Shown one piece after another: positions 11,702-21,406 of a stretch of 62,594 nt of DNA. Positions within the stretch are counted from its first letter, which is position 1; each line of letters begins with the position of its first letter. Location: the NCBI GenBank assembly GCA_937874195.1, contig CALNBM010000066.1, positions 1 through 62,594 of the forward strand, written 5' to 3'. Source of the DNA: an uncultured Clostridia bacterium (GTDB taxonomy: Bacteria; Bacillota; Clostridia; Christensenellales; UBA1242). Under the pieces are notes generated by a model. The model searched no databases. It was not told where the DNA came from and saw only the letters and a list, made by a program, of their open reading frames with translations. Position numbers and translations under genes: made by a program.

Positions 11702-12065
11702 GAAAATAAAATTCGCATTCGTTTTTGTCTGCATGTTAGCAATAGCCAATTATGTTTGAATAAGTTTCTTCGCAAACTTTATGTTTGCAGTTTATTTTTC
11801 CCACTAATGTAATAAAAAGGAGTGTAGTTAAAAAAACAAATTTAATTGCAGTCGTATGTTATTTGTAATGTTAACGTTCTGCTTTAAGATTTGTTTTATT
11901 TATTAATCTTTAATTCAAATTCTAAATTTTTTATTTTTGGTTAATAACCTTTTTATTATTTATCAAATATTATAGTGAAGTGTAAAATGATTATTTTAGC
12001 GGTATTTTTTTAACTAATTAAAACAATTAGATTCAAAAGAGAAAAGCGGTTTTTAAGTTATTTAC

Positions 12066-12094
12066 TTGACAATATGCAAGGTTGATATTATACT
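12066..12094 (+). promoter_or_regulatory. Sigma-A type promoter of ileS
   Basis: TTGACA (12066-12071), 17-nt spacer, TATACT (12089-12094). This leaves only about 23 nt of leader before the ileS ATG. Confidence 0.6.
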
Positions 12095-12123
12095 TTGAAG
12101 TAAATCTTAAAGTGGAGAAATTT

Positions 12124-15100
12124 ATGGAGTTTAATAATCTAGATGCAAAACCAGACCTTAGAGAATTACAAGAAAAGGTGTTAAAGTTTTGGGAGAAAGA
12201 AGAGATTTTTAAAAAGTCTGTCAATAAAAAAAATAAGGGTGAAATTGTTTTTTATGACGGACCTCCTTTTCCAACAGGCAAGCCTCATCATGGCACAGTA
12301 ATAGTATCGTTTATTAAAGACATGATTGCTCGTTATTGGACAATGCGGGGTTATTCTGTTCCTCGTCAATGGGGCTGGGATTGCCATGGACTACCTATTG
12401 AAACGCAAGTGGAAACTAATTTGAATGTGAAGTCAAAACATGCAATAGAAGATGAACTTGGCATTAAAAACTTCAACGATGCTTGTCGCACGCTTGTTTC
12501 TTCCAATGACGACACTTGGAAAAAATATGTTACCGAAATGGCGCGCTGGGTAGACTATGACGGCTCATATAAGACTATGGATTGCTCGTATATGGAAAGC
12601 GTTATTTGGGCGTTTAAAAAGTGTTATGAAAAAGACTTAATTTATAAAGATTACAGAGTTACACCATATTGTTATCGTTGTCAAACATCCCTTTCTATTT
12701 CCGATACTCGTGAATCCGATTCCACCCGTCCTAAGCAAGACACATGGGTTATGGCACGATTTGAAGCGAAAGAGAAATTTGATGATAAAAAAACTTATTT
12801 TATTGCGTGGACAACCACACCTTGGACACTACCTTCTAATATGGCATTAGCCGTTGGCGAAAATATAGATTATGCTTTTGTGGAAACAGAAGACGGAATT
12901 TATATAGCAGGCAAAAATTCACTTGGCTCTTACGAAAGAGCTTTTGGAAAAAATCCTAAAATTATCAAAACCTGCAAGGGGCATGAGCTTGTTGGAAAGA
13001 AATATAAACCACTGTTGCCATACTTTGCCGATAAAGAGAAAGAAGGTGCGTTTGTGGTAGTTAATGCCGACTATGTTTCGGAAAGCGATGGCGTTGCAAT
13101 AGTTCACACTGCACCTGCGTTTGGCGAAGATGACTACTGGGTTGGCAAAAAAAATGGTATTCCGCTAGTTAATCCTGTTGATGAGTTAGGCAGGTTTACA
13201 AGTGAAGTAACAGATTTTGCAGGTCAAAATGTTATGGATATTAATAAAGAAGTTGTTAGGTTTTTAAGAGTCCACGAACTTATTGTTGATAGTGGAACAC
13301 TGGAACACAATTATCCGCATTGTTGGCGTTGCCGAACACCATTAATTTATAAAGCAATGGATGCGTGGTATTTTAGCCTGGATAAAACAAAAGAAAGATT
13401 GCTTGAATTAAATCAGGAAATTAATTGGGTGCCGGAAATTGTTAAATATGGGCGATTTGGCAACTGGCTAGAAAACGCAAGAGATTGGAATATTTCTAGA
13501 AACCGTTATTGGAGCACGCCTCTTCCGGTTTGGGAATGCGAGTGCGGACACAGAGAAGTGCTTGGGAGCATTGAAGAAATATATCAAAAAAGCAAAATCC
13601 GCTTAACCGACCTGCACCGTCATCACATGGATGAAATAACCTTCCCTTGCAAGTGTGGAAAAACTATGAAACGAATACCGGAAGTTTTAGACTGTTGGTT
13701 TGAATCCGGCTCTGTGCCTTTTGCCAGAATGCATTATCCATTTGAAAACAAAGAGTGGTTTGAGAAAAACACATCTAGTGATTTTGTTGTTGAATACACC
13801 GGTCAAATTAGATGTTGGTTTTACTATTTGCTGGTTTTATCGGGCGCACTTTTTGATAAAGTTCCCTTTAAAAACGCAATCGTTCACGGAACATTGCTTG
13901 CTAAAGACGGCAAAAAATTATCAAAATCATCTAAAAATTATGCTGACCCTATGGATTTGATAGTTAAGTATGGCACGGATGCATATAGGCTATATATGTA
14001 TAGTTCACCAGCAATGCTTATTGGTGACTTGTTATTTGATGAAAAAGGAATAGCAGACTCACTTAAAGATATTATTATACCATTTTGGAATGCGTGCAGT
14101 TTTTTTAGCACATATTCTAAAATAGATGGCTACACGCCAAATGTTAATATTGTACCAAACCCTGGCGACCAACTTGACAAATGGATGTTTGCCAAATTAT
14201 ACGACACTTTGAATAAAATAACCACAAATATGGACAAATATCAAATTGATCAATATGTTGTGCATATCGTTGAACTTATCGACGGGCTAACAAATTGGTA
14301 TATCAGGCGCTCTCGCAGACGGTTTTGGATGAGTGGTTTAGAGCAGGATAAACGGGAAGCATACGACACATTGTTTTATGTGATAATAAATATTTGTAAA
14401 ATCTTAGCACCAGTTGCGCCTATAATTGCAGAAGTTATTTATAAAACGCTATCGAAAGAAGAGTCGGTGCATTTGACGGATTGGCCAGAGCTATCCAAAA
14501 CTTTTGAAAACGAAACTTTAATTAACGAAATTGAACTTGTCCAAAATGCAATTTATGTGGCACGAGTTATTAGAACAAAAAATAAAATGAAAGTTCGACA
14601 ACCATTAAATAAAATTACTATTGCTCTTGCTAATACAGAAAAATTATCTGCAATATTAAAATATGCCGAAATCATTTGTGAGGAATTAAATGTTAAAACC
14701 ATGGAAGTGGTGGAAGATGTGGAAACTATCGCAGAAGTTAAATATAAACCAAATTTTAGCACCTTATCACAGGAACTTCGAAATCGAATTCCCGAAATTA
14801 TAAAAGCCCTTAATAACAAACAAGTGAAGTTTAAAGGGAACTTTGTCGAAATTGCTCTTGACAGCGAAACGCTAACGCTTTTTAAAGAAGATATTTTAAT
14901 CGAATATCATGGGAAAGAAGGCATGAATATAATGAGCGATAAAGGTGTGGTGGTGGCACTGGATTTAAAAATAACAAAAGAGTTATTGGAAGAAGGTGTT
15001 GCACGAGAAATTGTCCGTCAAATTCAAGATGCTAGAAAACAAATTGGTTGCAATATAACCGATAAGATTGAAATAGAACTTATTGGTAATTATCCACATG

Positions 15101-15216
15101 ATTGGCTAGAATATATTTTGAGTGAAACACTGGCAAGTGTATCGAAATTCAAAACCGCCAGGTATGAAGGAAACTTAGAAAGCGAAAGCGGAGTTATTGA
15201 AATTAGAATCAAATAA
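12124..15216 (+). CDS. ileS: Isoleucyl-tRNA synthetase (looks like type 2)
   Basis: ATG 12124 preceded by GGAG (the ORF opens at TTG 12082). HIGH-class motif PTGKPHHGT, KMSKS variant KLSKSSKN, about 1030 aa. N-terminus MEFNNLDAKPDLRELQEKVLKFWEKEEIF. No CxxC zinc peptide at the C-terminus. Confidence 0.93.
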   Translation: MEFNNLDAKPDLRELQEKVLKFWEKEEIFKKSVNKKNKGEIVFYDGPPFPTGKPHHGTVIVSFIKDMIARYWTMRGYSVPRQWGWDCHGLPIETQVETNLNVKSKHAIEDELGIKNFNDACRTLVSSNDDTWKKYVTEMARWVDYDGSYKTMDCSYMESVIWAFKKCYEKDLIYKDYRVTPYCYRCQTSLSISDTRESDSTRPKQDTWVMARFEAKEKFDDKKTYFIAWTTTPWTLPSNMALAVGENIDYAFVETEDGIYIAGKNSLGSYERAFGKNPKIIKTCKGHELVGKKYKPLLPYFADKEKEGAFVVVNADYVSESDGVAIVHTAPAFGEDDYWVGKKNGIPLVNPVDELGRFTSEVTDFAGQNVMDINKEVVRFLRVHELIVDSGTLEHNYPHCWRCRTPLIYKAMDAWYFSLDKTKERLLELNQEINWVPEIVKYGRFGNWLENARDWNISRNRYWSTPLPVWECECGHREVLGSIEEIYQKSKIRLTDLHRHHMDEITFPCKCGKTMKRIPEVLDCWFESGSVPFARMHYPFENKEWFEKNTSSDFVVEYTGQIRCWFYYLLVLSGALFDKVPFKNAIVHGTLLAKDGKKLSKSSKNYADPMDLIVKYGTDAYRLYMYSSPAMLIGDLLFDEKGIADSLKDIIIPFWNACSFFSTYSKIDGYTPNVNIVPNPGDQLDKWMFAKLYDTLNKITTNMDKYQIDQYVVHIVELIDGLTNWYIRRSRRRFWMSGLEQDKREAYDTLFYVIINICKILAPVAPIIAEVIYKTLSKEESVHLTDWPELSKTFENETLINEIELVQNAIYVARVIRTKNKMKVRQPLNKITIALANTEKLSAILKYAEIICEELNVKTMEVVEDVETIAEVKYKPNFSTLSQELRNRIPEIIKALNNKQVKFKGNFVEIALDSETLTLFKEDILIEYHGKEGMNIMSDKGVVVALDLKITKELLEEGVAREIVRQIQDARKQIGCNITDKIEIELIGNYPHDWLEYILSETLASVSKFKTARYEGNLESESGVIEIRIK

Positions 15217-15228
15217 ATTGTAAAAAAT

Positions 15229-15257
15229 TTGCGATTAAATTAGTCGCAATTTTTTTC
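15229..15257 (+). terminator. ileS intrinsic terminator
   Basis: TTGCGA / TCGCAA stem with a 9-nt loop, then a T-run at 15250-15256. Confidence 0.65.
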
Positions 15258-15577
15258 TTTTATTTTTTCACAAAACATTTTTTATTTTTCTATAATTTTA
15301 ATTTGTATTTATAACTTTAACGGTTTCACTTAAAAATAAACAATAATATTGAAAGTTATAATAAACTATAACATTGAAAAAAATTATTGGCTATTATGTT
15401 GGGAAGAATGTGCTTGTTTATTAATTGTAGGAGTAAAGTACAAGAAAGCTAAGGTTGAATATCAGGAGAAAAATTATTTTTTAAGCAAAAAAAATACTAT
15501 TTCAAAAAGTGCTGTTTTTATATTTTTGGCTTTGTTTCATTAGTGTTTTAAAAAACTTTATAAAAATATAATTATTT

Positions 15578-15613
15578 GTGGACAAAACAAAAAGAGAGTT
15601 GAAACTCTCTTTT
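15578..15613 (-). terminator. spo0A intrinsic terminator
   Basis: AAAGAGAG / CTCTCTTT stem. On the minus strand it is followed by TTTTGTTTTG. Confidence 0.6.
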
Positions 15614-15749
15614 AAGTAATAATAGTATTTTATAAATCAAACTAGGATGACCGCTAGAATTTTTTTAGTTGGTATTTTTTATTATTGTTTAATACATGAC
15701 TTAAAGTAAGTTAATCATGATACCTAAAACCTGCTTACAGATTGTTTTT

Positions 15750-16520
15750 TCACGCACCTTCTATTAGCATCTTATCGGCAACAAGGGCTATAAATTCGCC
15801 ATTAGTTGGTTTTTCGTTATTAGAATAAACTTTAACGCCAAAAAGTGTGTTGATATTTTCTATTTTGCCTCTGTTCCATGCAACTTCAATAGCATGCCTT
15901 ATTGCCCGTTCCACTTTGCTTGCGCTTGTTTCAAAACGCTCAGCAATGCTAGGATAGAGCCTTTTAGTTATGCTATTTATTATTTCCGGATTATCAATTG
16001 CCATTTTTATCGCTTCTCTTAAAAATTGATAACCTTTAATGTGTGCAGGAATGCCAACTGTTATGAAAATATTTGTTATTTTTCCATCTAACTGCTTACC
16101 GCGCGCCACATCTATTTCTAGTTTTTTTCCGCCTTCTTTTTTTGGAGCAAGGTTGCCCTCCGCCAAATCATATACTCGTTCCACTAATTGCTCTGCGTTA
16201 AAGGGTTTTATTATATAATAATCCACTCCCATATCAAAAGCTTTTTGCACAAATCCTTCGCCACTAAGTGCAGTTAAAATTAGCGTTTTTGTTTTAATGT
16301 TCATCTTTTTAATTTTATCTAGAAAAGCAAATCCGTCAATGTTTTTAAGTACCAGTTCGCTAATTAGTATGTCTATGCTGTTTTCTTTTAAGTAGTTAAA
16401 TGTTTCTGTCACATCTGTGAAAGTTCTCTCCACAGTAATCCCGCCCTTTTCTAAAATTTCTCTTAAGTTGCTCGCGTCTTTTTCGCTTGCTTCAAGTATT
16501 ATCGTAGTAAGTTTTTTCAT
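15750..16520 (-). CDS. spo0A: Spo0A-family response regulator with an atypical receiver domain
   Basis: 256 aa. The C-terminal domain carries the Spo0A-specific signature (GIPAHIKGYQFLREAIKMAI...SKVERAIRHAIEVAWNRG). The N-terminal CheY-like fold has E55 at the phospho-acceptor position (see findings). Confidence 0.88.
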   Translation of the reverse strand: MKKLTTIILEASEKDASNLREILEKGGITVERTFTDVTETFNYLKENSIDILISELVLKNIDGFAFLDKIKKMNIKTKTLILTALSGEGFVQKAFDMGVDYYIIKPFNAEQLVERVYDLAEGNLAPKKEGGKKLEIDVARGKQLDGKITNIFITVGIPAHIKGYQFLREAIKMAIDNPEIINSITKRLYPSIAERFETSASKVERAIRHAIEVAWNRGKIENINTLFGVKVYSNNEKPTNGEFIALVADKMLIEGA

Positions 16521-16902
16521 TTTTCATCACCTCTTAACCTTTTATGTTAAATGATAACAAAAAGAATTTTTATCCCCAAATTTATTGTTGGTGGAAATAT
16601 GGTATATGCTAATTTATTTTAATTTGTTGTGTATAAATAAGTCGAAAATCTTTAATTGGTGTTTGTTTTTTTGGAAATTTTAATGTTTTGCATGCAATTC
16701 CATTTTTTATTAAACCTTTAAAACGAAATTGCAAATAATTAAAACAATATAGAATTATTAAAACTTAATATGGGCTAAATCAAATTTTATCCAGTCTTTT
16801 ATTTCTTTTTGTTGTTAAAGAGAATAGTATGAAATTTATCCGTGAAAGATAATTTGATGAGAAATTAAGGCAATTATATGGAATGTAATACTTCCAAAAA
16901 TT

Positions 16903-17197
16903 AAGGAAAAGCCAGGGGGAATAGAATAATGAATATTTTGCCTAGAACTTAGAGAGTTTAGAGAGCAAGGATATAAAAAGTTTTACAATCTTTAAAAACT
17001 GCGGAATTCGTTTTTGCTTACCTTGTTGCTTTCATTTTTCATAATTAAAAAGGAAAAGCCAGGGGGGAATAGAATAATGAATATTTTGCCTAGAACTTAG
17101 AGAGTTTAGGGAGCAAGGATATAAAAAGTTTTACAATCTTTAAAAACTGCGGAATTCGTTTTTGTTTACTTTGTCGCTTTCATTTTTCATAATTAAA
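16903..17197. repeat. Tandem duplication, 2 x ~147 bp, in the spacer upstream of spo0A
   Basis: Copy 1 is 16903-17049 and copy 2 is 17050-17197. They differ at about 5 positions plus one extra G. Each copy carries AGGGGG(G)A-N8-ATG and a 7-codon ORF (MNILPRT*). Confidence 0.9.
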
Positions 17198-17250
17198 GAT
17201 TGTTGTAAGCAAAACGAAATAAGAAATCTGACCTGTGGTTTATTTACAAA

Positions 17251-17276
17251 CAAAAAAACCACGCATTCGTGGTTTT
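17251..17276 (-). terminator. Intrinsic terminator (bidirectional shape) after the 82-aa membrane protein gene
   Basis: AAACCACG / CGTGGTTT stem, loop CATT. T7 on the minus strand, TTTTATATTTTTT on the plus strand. Confidence 0.7.
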
Positions 17277-17302
17277 ATATTTTTTAAAAAAAAATCAATA
17301 TT

Positions 17303-17551
17303 TTACATTACTGAGCAAATAAGTGCTTTACCAGTTCCAATAATCGCACATATAATTCCTGCAATTCCCAAAATCATGCCAGCAATCGCTAGCCCGTTGT
17401 TTTCACACTTGATAATCAGTGAGCTTAAAATAACACCAGTAATAGCTGTTGCCATTGCAACAACTGAATACCATCCATACCATGCAATAACAATACTTAT
17501 AACCCCTAGAATAAAACTTGAGATGCCCATTGCCAATTCTTTAGCGTTCAT
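17303..17551 (-). CDS. Small integral membrane protein (82 aa, 2-3 TM segments)
   Basis: GGAGAG RBS 7 nt before the ATG. Gly/Ile/Ala-rich hydrophobic segments. Terminator immediately downstream. The overlapping plus-strand ORF 17235..17615 has no RBS. Confidence 0.6.
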   Translation of the reverse strand: MNAKELAMGISSFILGVISIVIAWYGWYSVVAMATAITGVILSSLIIKCENNGLAIAGMILGIAGIICAIIGTGKALICSVM

Positions 17552-17930
17552 ATTTATCTCTCCATTTAAAATAGTTTATGAAAGTAAAACAACTTTTATA
17601 TCATGTAAAACTTGAAAGAAACAAAAAATTATTTTTAATTTCATTATTATTATATTGAAATTATATTATATAGTCAATTAAAAAACGCGTTAGAATACTA
17701 ATTTTTTTAATTTTAGTGCAATTAGAAGATAGTCCACTTTAATATAAATTAATTTTATATTAAAGTTTATCAAAGTGAGTTAATCAAGGTTTCTAGCGTA
17801 GTTTTAAAAGTTACTTATGCTTGTGTTTAGAAAGTTTAAACTTCAACATAATTTATTAAATAACAACCACACACTAATTATGGCTATATTTTTTTCAATT
17901 TTCATAGCCTTTTTTTTCAAAAGTTGCATA

Positions 17931-17959
17931 TTGACAAATGTGCTATATTATTGTATAAT
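17931..17959 (+). promoter_or_regulatory. Consensus sigma-A promoter of the large surface protein gene
   Basis: TTGACA (17931-17936), 17-nt spacer, TATAAT (17954-17959), both perfect. Confidence 0.7.
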
Positions 17960-18023
17960 ATACATAGTATTTGATTAAGTATTTGACATCCTATGAAAAT
18001 TTAAGGGGTTAAATAGTGAAATT

Positions 18024-21000
18024 ATGAGAAAATTTTTAGCATGGACATTTATTTTAACAACAGCCATCTCATTAACTTTTGTTGTTGCCAAATTAATTGG
18101 CGCAATGGAAGTTATTACTGTTTCTGCGTCTGGCGAAGAATTAGTGGAGCTGGGAGATAATATTGTATACACCGATATGGGTGAAAGTTTTTCTATTGAA
18201 ATAAATCAAAGCAATAAAAACCCAAACACAGAAGTTAATGTAACAAGCGATAATGAAAATGTAATAAAAGTAAACGAAGATGGAACTTTCACGGCAGTTG
18301 GCGGTGGACATACCATGATTCGAGTTACAACCACAAATATTTATTTTAAAAATTTAATAATAGAAGTTTTTGTTGGTGACGGCTCAAATAGTTATCCATA
18401 TTATTTATTTAATGCCGACCAACTTGCCAGCATTGGCAGACCATCGGTAAATTATTCAAACTATAACTTATTTAACAGTTATCGTTTAATTGCGGACATA
18501 GATGTTTCTTCCATTAGTGGCGGACTTTGGAAACCACTAGACGCTTTTTGCGGACACTTTGACGGCAATGGTTATACTATTAGTTCTATTAATATAAATA
18601 AGAATACATATATAAGTCAATTTGGTGCAGTGCATGAAGAAGGGTTTATTAATAACGGGCTATTTTCAAAAGTTGAAGTAGGCGGTGCTGTTTACAATTT
18701 AAAAATCAAGAATTTTTCTGCATCAAGCATCTTTAACGAAGGGCAAACCACTATCGGAGCAGTTGCAGGAATCAACAACGGAAAGATTGAAAGAGTGGAA
18801 GTTCTGGATGCTAAGATAACAGCAAACGCTAGTTTTATCGGCGGAGTTGTTGGAATAAACCAAACAACAGAAATTTTAACGCCAGTTTACAAAATATATA
18901 ACGCACGCCTTGACCAAACAAGCGCAAATGTTAGTTTTGGAAACGCTACCACTCATGGATTGGCAGGTGTTATTGGCGGAGTTGCCGGGAAAAATGCTGG
19001 AGGAACGGTCATTTATTCTTACGCAGTTGGCGAAGCTTATATAGAAGACGGTGCAACTTTCGGTGGAATAATCGGCGAGAACACAATTTTAGAACTTAAC
19101 GGACAATATGAAAACGCAAAATTAAAAGATAGTTATAGCGCTGTTAAATTATTCGTTCATCATGTAAATAATTTTAACTCTATCACAGTTGGTGGAGTGA
19201 TTGGATTAAATAACGATATAAAAGTAGAGATTGAAGAAGACACTTATAAAAATATTATTGTAGGAACTTATTATAATATTTGCAATTTAAATATTCCGGA
19301 AAGCACTGTTATTTCCAAAGAATATATGGGAATTGGAAAAGATGTTATTGATGGAATTATAAGCATACGCGTGGAAAAAATTACTTTCGTATATCCTTAT
19401 TTGCAAGCGCAGTTAGTCGTTCAAGATAACTATTTATCACATGAGAAAAAAGAGATTATTATAAATTCCAACAACGAAATTATCCGTGAAAGTATAGTTA
19501 TGGTAAAATGGAATTTTGATAACATTTGGAAAATTGAGCCTAATATAAATAATGGGTATCCAACTTTAAGATATATTGAAATAAACAATATCAACACAGA
19601 AGATTACACTGCTTATGATGATTATAGTAGACTAGAAGAACTATATTTAGATGAATATATTTTAACACTTGGGCAAGTGTTTGAAAATAAGTCATCAACG
19701 GAACTTGTGAATATTAAAGTATATGACGAAAACAATAACATAATAGGTTTTTCAAATACCACTTATAATTTGCCAGTGCTATCCGATGCTGTTGTTATGA
19801 ATTTTGGAAAATCACTAATGGTTTACAGAGGCGGAAAGTTAACAAATAAAATAACGGCGGAGCCAGTTAATATTGGTTATAATATTATGGGTTGGGCAAA
19901 ACAAGATGGTTCAATTAATTGGTCGGATGCTATTGAGTGTACAAGTAATTTATATTTGAATGCGAAAATTGAAAAGGTTAAAATAATAACTACTGCTATA
20001 TTTAAATATAATGGCGCGACAGGTCCTATTAATCTACCCGCAAAACAAGATTACACATACGGCGAAAAATACGGGCTGTTACCTGCACCAATTAAACTTG
20101 GCAGTTGGTTTGAAGGCTGGTATTTAGAGCCAAACTTCACAGTTAAAGTTGATGAGTCGTTCATAGTTTCAAGCAGTGAAAAAACACACAACTTGTATGC
20201 AAAATGGGGAACGCTGGCAGACACGCATTATTCAATTACCTATCATGCAAATGGTGGAAATGGATATTATACAGATAATGTTTTATTTGGTAATAGCTAC
20301 ACGATATTAACTAACACTCAAGCCGGAATAACACGAGGCGGGTATGCGTTCCTAGGTTGGGCACTTAGTTCGGGTGGAGCGGTAGATTATGCACCCGGCG
20401 AAAATATAACGCCAACTTCAAGCATAAACCTATATGCAAAATGGTTGCTAAACTCATCTGCTTATTCGGCAGTTGCGTTAAGACACAATAAATCTGCAAC
20501 CACAGGTGCAACATTTTATGTTGTAATCTATGGCACAACTGCAACATTTACCGCAACCATTGAGAGTGCATACAAATTTGTTGGATGGTATTCAAATTGT
20601 CATTATACTGAGCCACAAGACTTAGTCAGCACTTCGTTAGTATATAGTAAAACACTCTCTAATAATTTAATTTTATATGCTTATTGGATAAAAACAGGCA
20701 CACGAATTTGTGGTGTTTGTGGGGCAAATTATGATGGAGATAAGTGCCTAAACGAAAAATATTGTAATATTCATAAAGCATATTATCATGGCGAGTGCAC
20801 AGGCAAAGTAAGTTGTACTGCTTGCACAAGAACATACCAATGCGGAAAAACTTGTGCGTTTGGACCAGTGAATCATTGCCCACAACATGGCGATTATCAT
20901 GGTTCAATATGTCCACATACCCATAATACAACTTGTAACATTTGCGGAACAAAATACACAGGAGCGAGATGCCCAAACGAAAAATATTGTTCCACCCATA

Positions 21001-21359
21001 AATCTTATTATCATGGCTCATGTTCGCAACCAATTTACTGCGGAATTTGTGGCAGAGTATACGCTTGCGGAAGTTATTGCCCTAGTGAAAGGTATTGCTC
21101 AAAGCATGGAACTTATTATCATGACTATTGCAAAGTAACCACTTACTGCTCAATCTGTAAAGCATATTATAAATGTGGTGAAGATTGTTCTAAATATCAT
21201 AAAACATGCCATATTTGCAATGCTTCTTACACCGGTAATAGATGTGTAAACGAAAGATATTGTTCCATACATGGAATATATTATCATGGCAATTGCCCAA
21301 GACCTCACTTTGGATTTTCTATTATTATATATTTTAGAAAATATAATTACATTTTTTAA
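18024..21359 (+). CDS. Large secreted/surface protein with Ig-like, GLUG-type and Listeria-Bacteroides repeats and a C-terminal Cys/His-rich repeat module
   Basis: N-terminal signal/TM (FILTTAISLTFVVAKLIGA). Big_2-like segment (VTSDNENVIKVNEDGTFTAVGGGHTMIRV). FDGNGYTISSI motif. Four GW-type repeats (GYNIMGWAKQDG, GSWFEGWYLEPN, GYAFLGWALSSGG, YKFVGWYSN). The last ~200 aa are Cys/His repeats. Confidence 0.8.
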   Translation: MRKFLAWTFILTTAISLTFVVAKLIGAMEVITVSASGEELVELGDNIVYTDMGESFSIEINQSNKNPNTEVNVTSDNENVIKVNEDGTFTAVGGGHTMIRVTTTNIYFKNLIIEVFVGDGSNSYPYYLFNADQLASIGRPSVNYSNYNLFNSYRLIADIDVSSISGGLWKPLDAFCGHFDGNGYTISSININKNTYISQFGAVHEEGFINNGLFSKVEVGGAVYNLKIKNFSASSIFNEGQTTIGAVAGINNGKIERVEVLDAKITANASFIGGVVGINQTTEILTPVYKIYNARLDQTSANVSFGNATTHGLAGVIGGVAGKNAGGTVIYSYAVGEAYIEDGATFGGIIGENTILELNGQYENAKLKDSYSAVKLFVHHVNNFNSITVGGVIGLNNDIKVEIEEDTYKNIIVGTYYNICNLNIPESTVISKEYMGIGKDVIDGIISIRVEKITFVYPYLQAQLVVQDNYLSHEKKEIIINSNNEIIRESIVMVKWNFDNIWKIEPNINNGYPTLRYIEINNINTEDYTAYDDYSRLEELYLDEYILTLGQVFENKSSTELVNIKVYDENNNIIGFSNTTYNLPVLSDAVVMNFGKSLMVYRGGKLTNKITAEPVNIGYNIMGWAKQDGSINWSDAIECTSNLYLNAKIEKVKIITTAIFKYNGATGPINLPAKQDYTYGEKYGLLPAPIKLGSWFEGWYLEPNFTVKVDESFIVSSSEKTHNLYAKWGTLADTHYSITYHANGGNGYYTDNVLFGNSYTILTNTQAGITRGGYAFLGWALSSGGAVDYAPGENITPTSSINLYAKWLLNSSAYSAVALRHNKSATTGATFYVVIYGTTATFTATIESAYKFVGWYSNCHYTEPQDLVSTSLVYSKTLSNNLILYAYWIKTGTRICGVCGANYDGDKCLNEKYCNIHKAYYHGECTGKVSCTACTRTYQCGKTCAFGPVNHCPQHGDYHGSICPHTHNTTCNICGTKYTGARCPNEKYCSTHKSYYHGSCSQPIYCGICGRVYACGSYCPSERYCSKHGTYYHDYCKVTTYCSICKAYYKCGEDCSKYHKTCHICNASYTGNRCVNERYCSIHGIYYHGNCPRPHFGFSIIIYFRKYNYIF

Positions 21360-21376
21360 AAATTAGAAGAAAAATA

Positions 21377-21406
21377 AAAAACTGTTAATCATATTAAACA
21401 GTTTTT
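21377..21406. terminator. Bidirectional intrinsic terminator between the surface protein gene and spoVG
   Basis: AAAAACTGTT / AACAGTTTTT perfect 10-bp arms with a 10-nt loop. The A/T runs serve both strands. Confidence 0.7.

Noticed and set aside
11702-12123. T-box riboswitch expected upstream of ileS.
   Set aside because: No specifier or T-box consensus (…GGTGGTACCGCG…) and no terminator/antiterminator pair. A good promoter sits only ~30 nt before the start codon.
15349-15543. 64-aa TTG-start ORF between ileS and spo0A, and 61-aa ORF 3361..3546 upstream of dnaA.
   Set aside because: No RBS. Both sit in terminator or promoter spacers, and their composition is indistinguishable from non-coding AT-rich sequence.
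17235-17615. 126-aa plus-strand ORF overlapping the 82-aa membrane protein gene.
   Set aside because: The minus-strand ORF has a GGAGAG RBS and its own terminator. The plus-strand ORF runs through that terminator and has no RBS.
20659-21138. Alternative-frame ORFs (124 aa minus strand, 83 aa plus strand) within the Cys/His repeat region.
   Set aside because: They are artefacts of the repetitive TG(T/C)/CA(T/C)-rich coding sequence of the 1111-aa gene.
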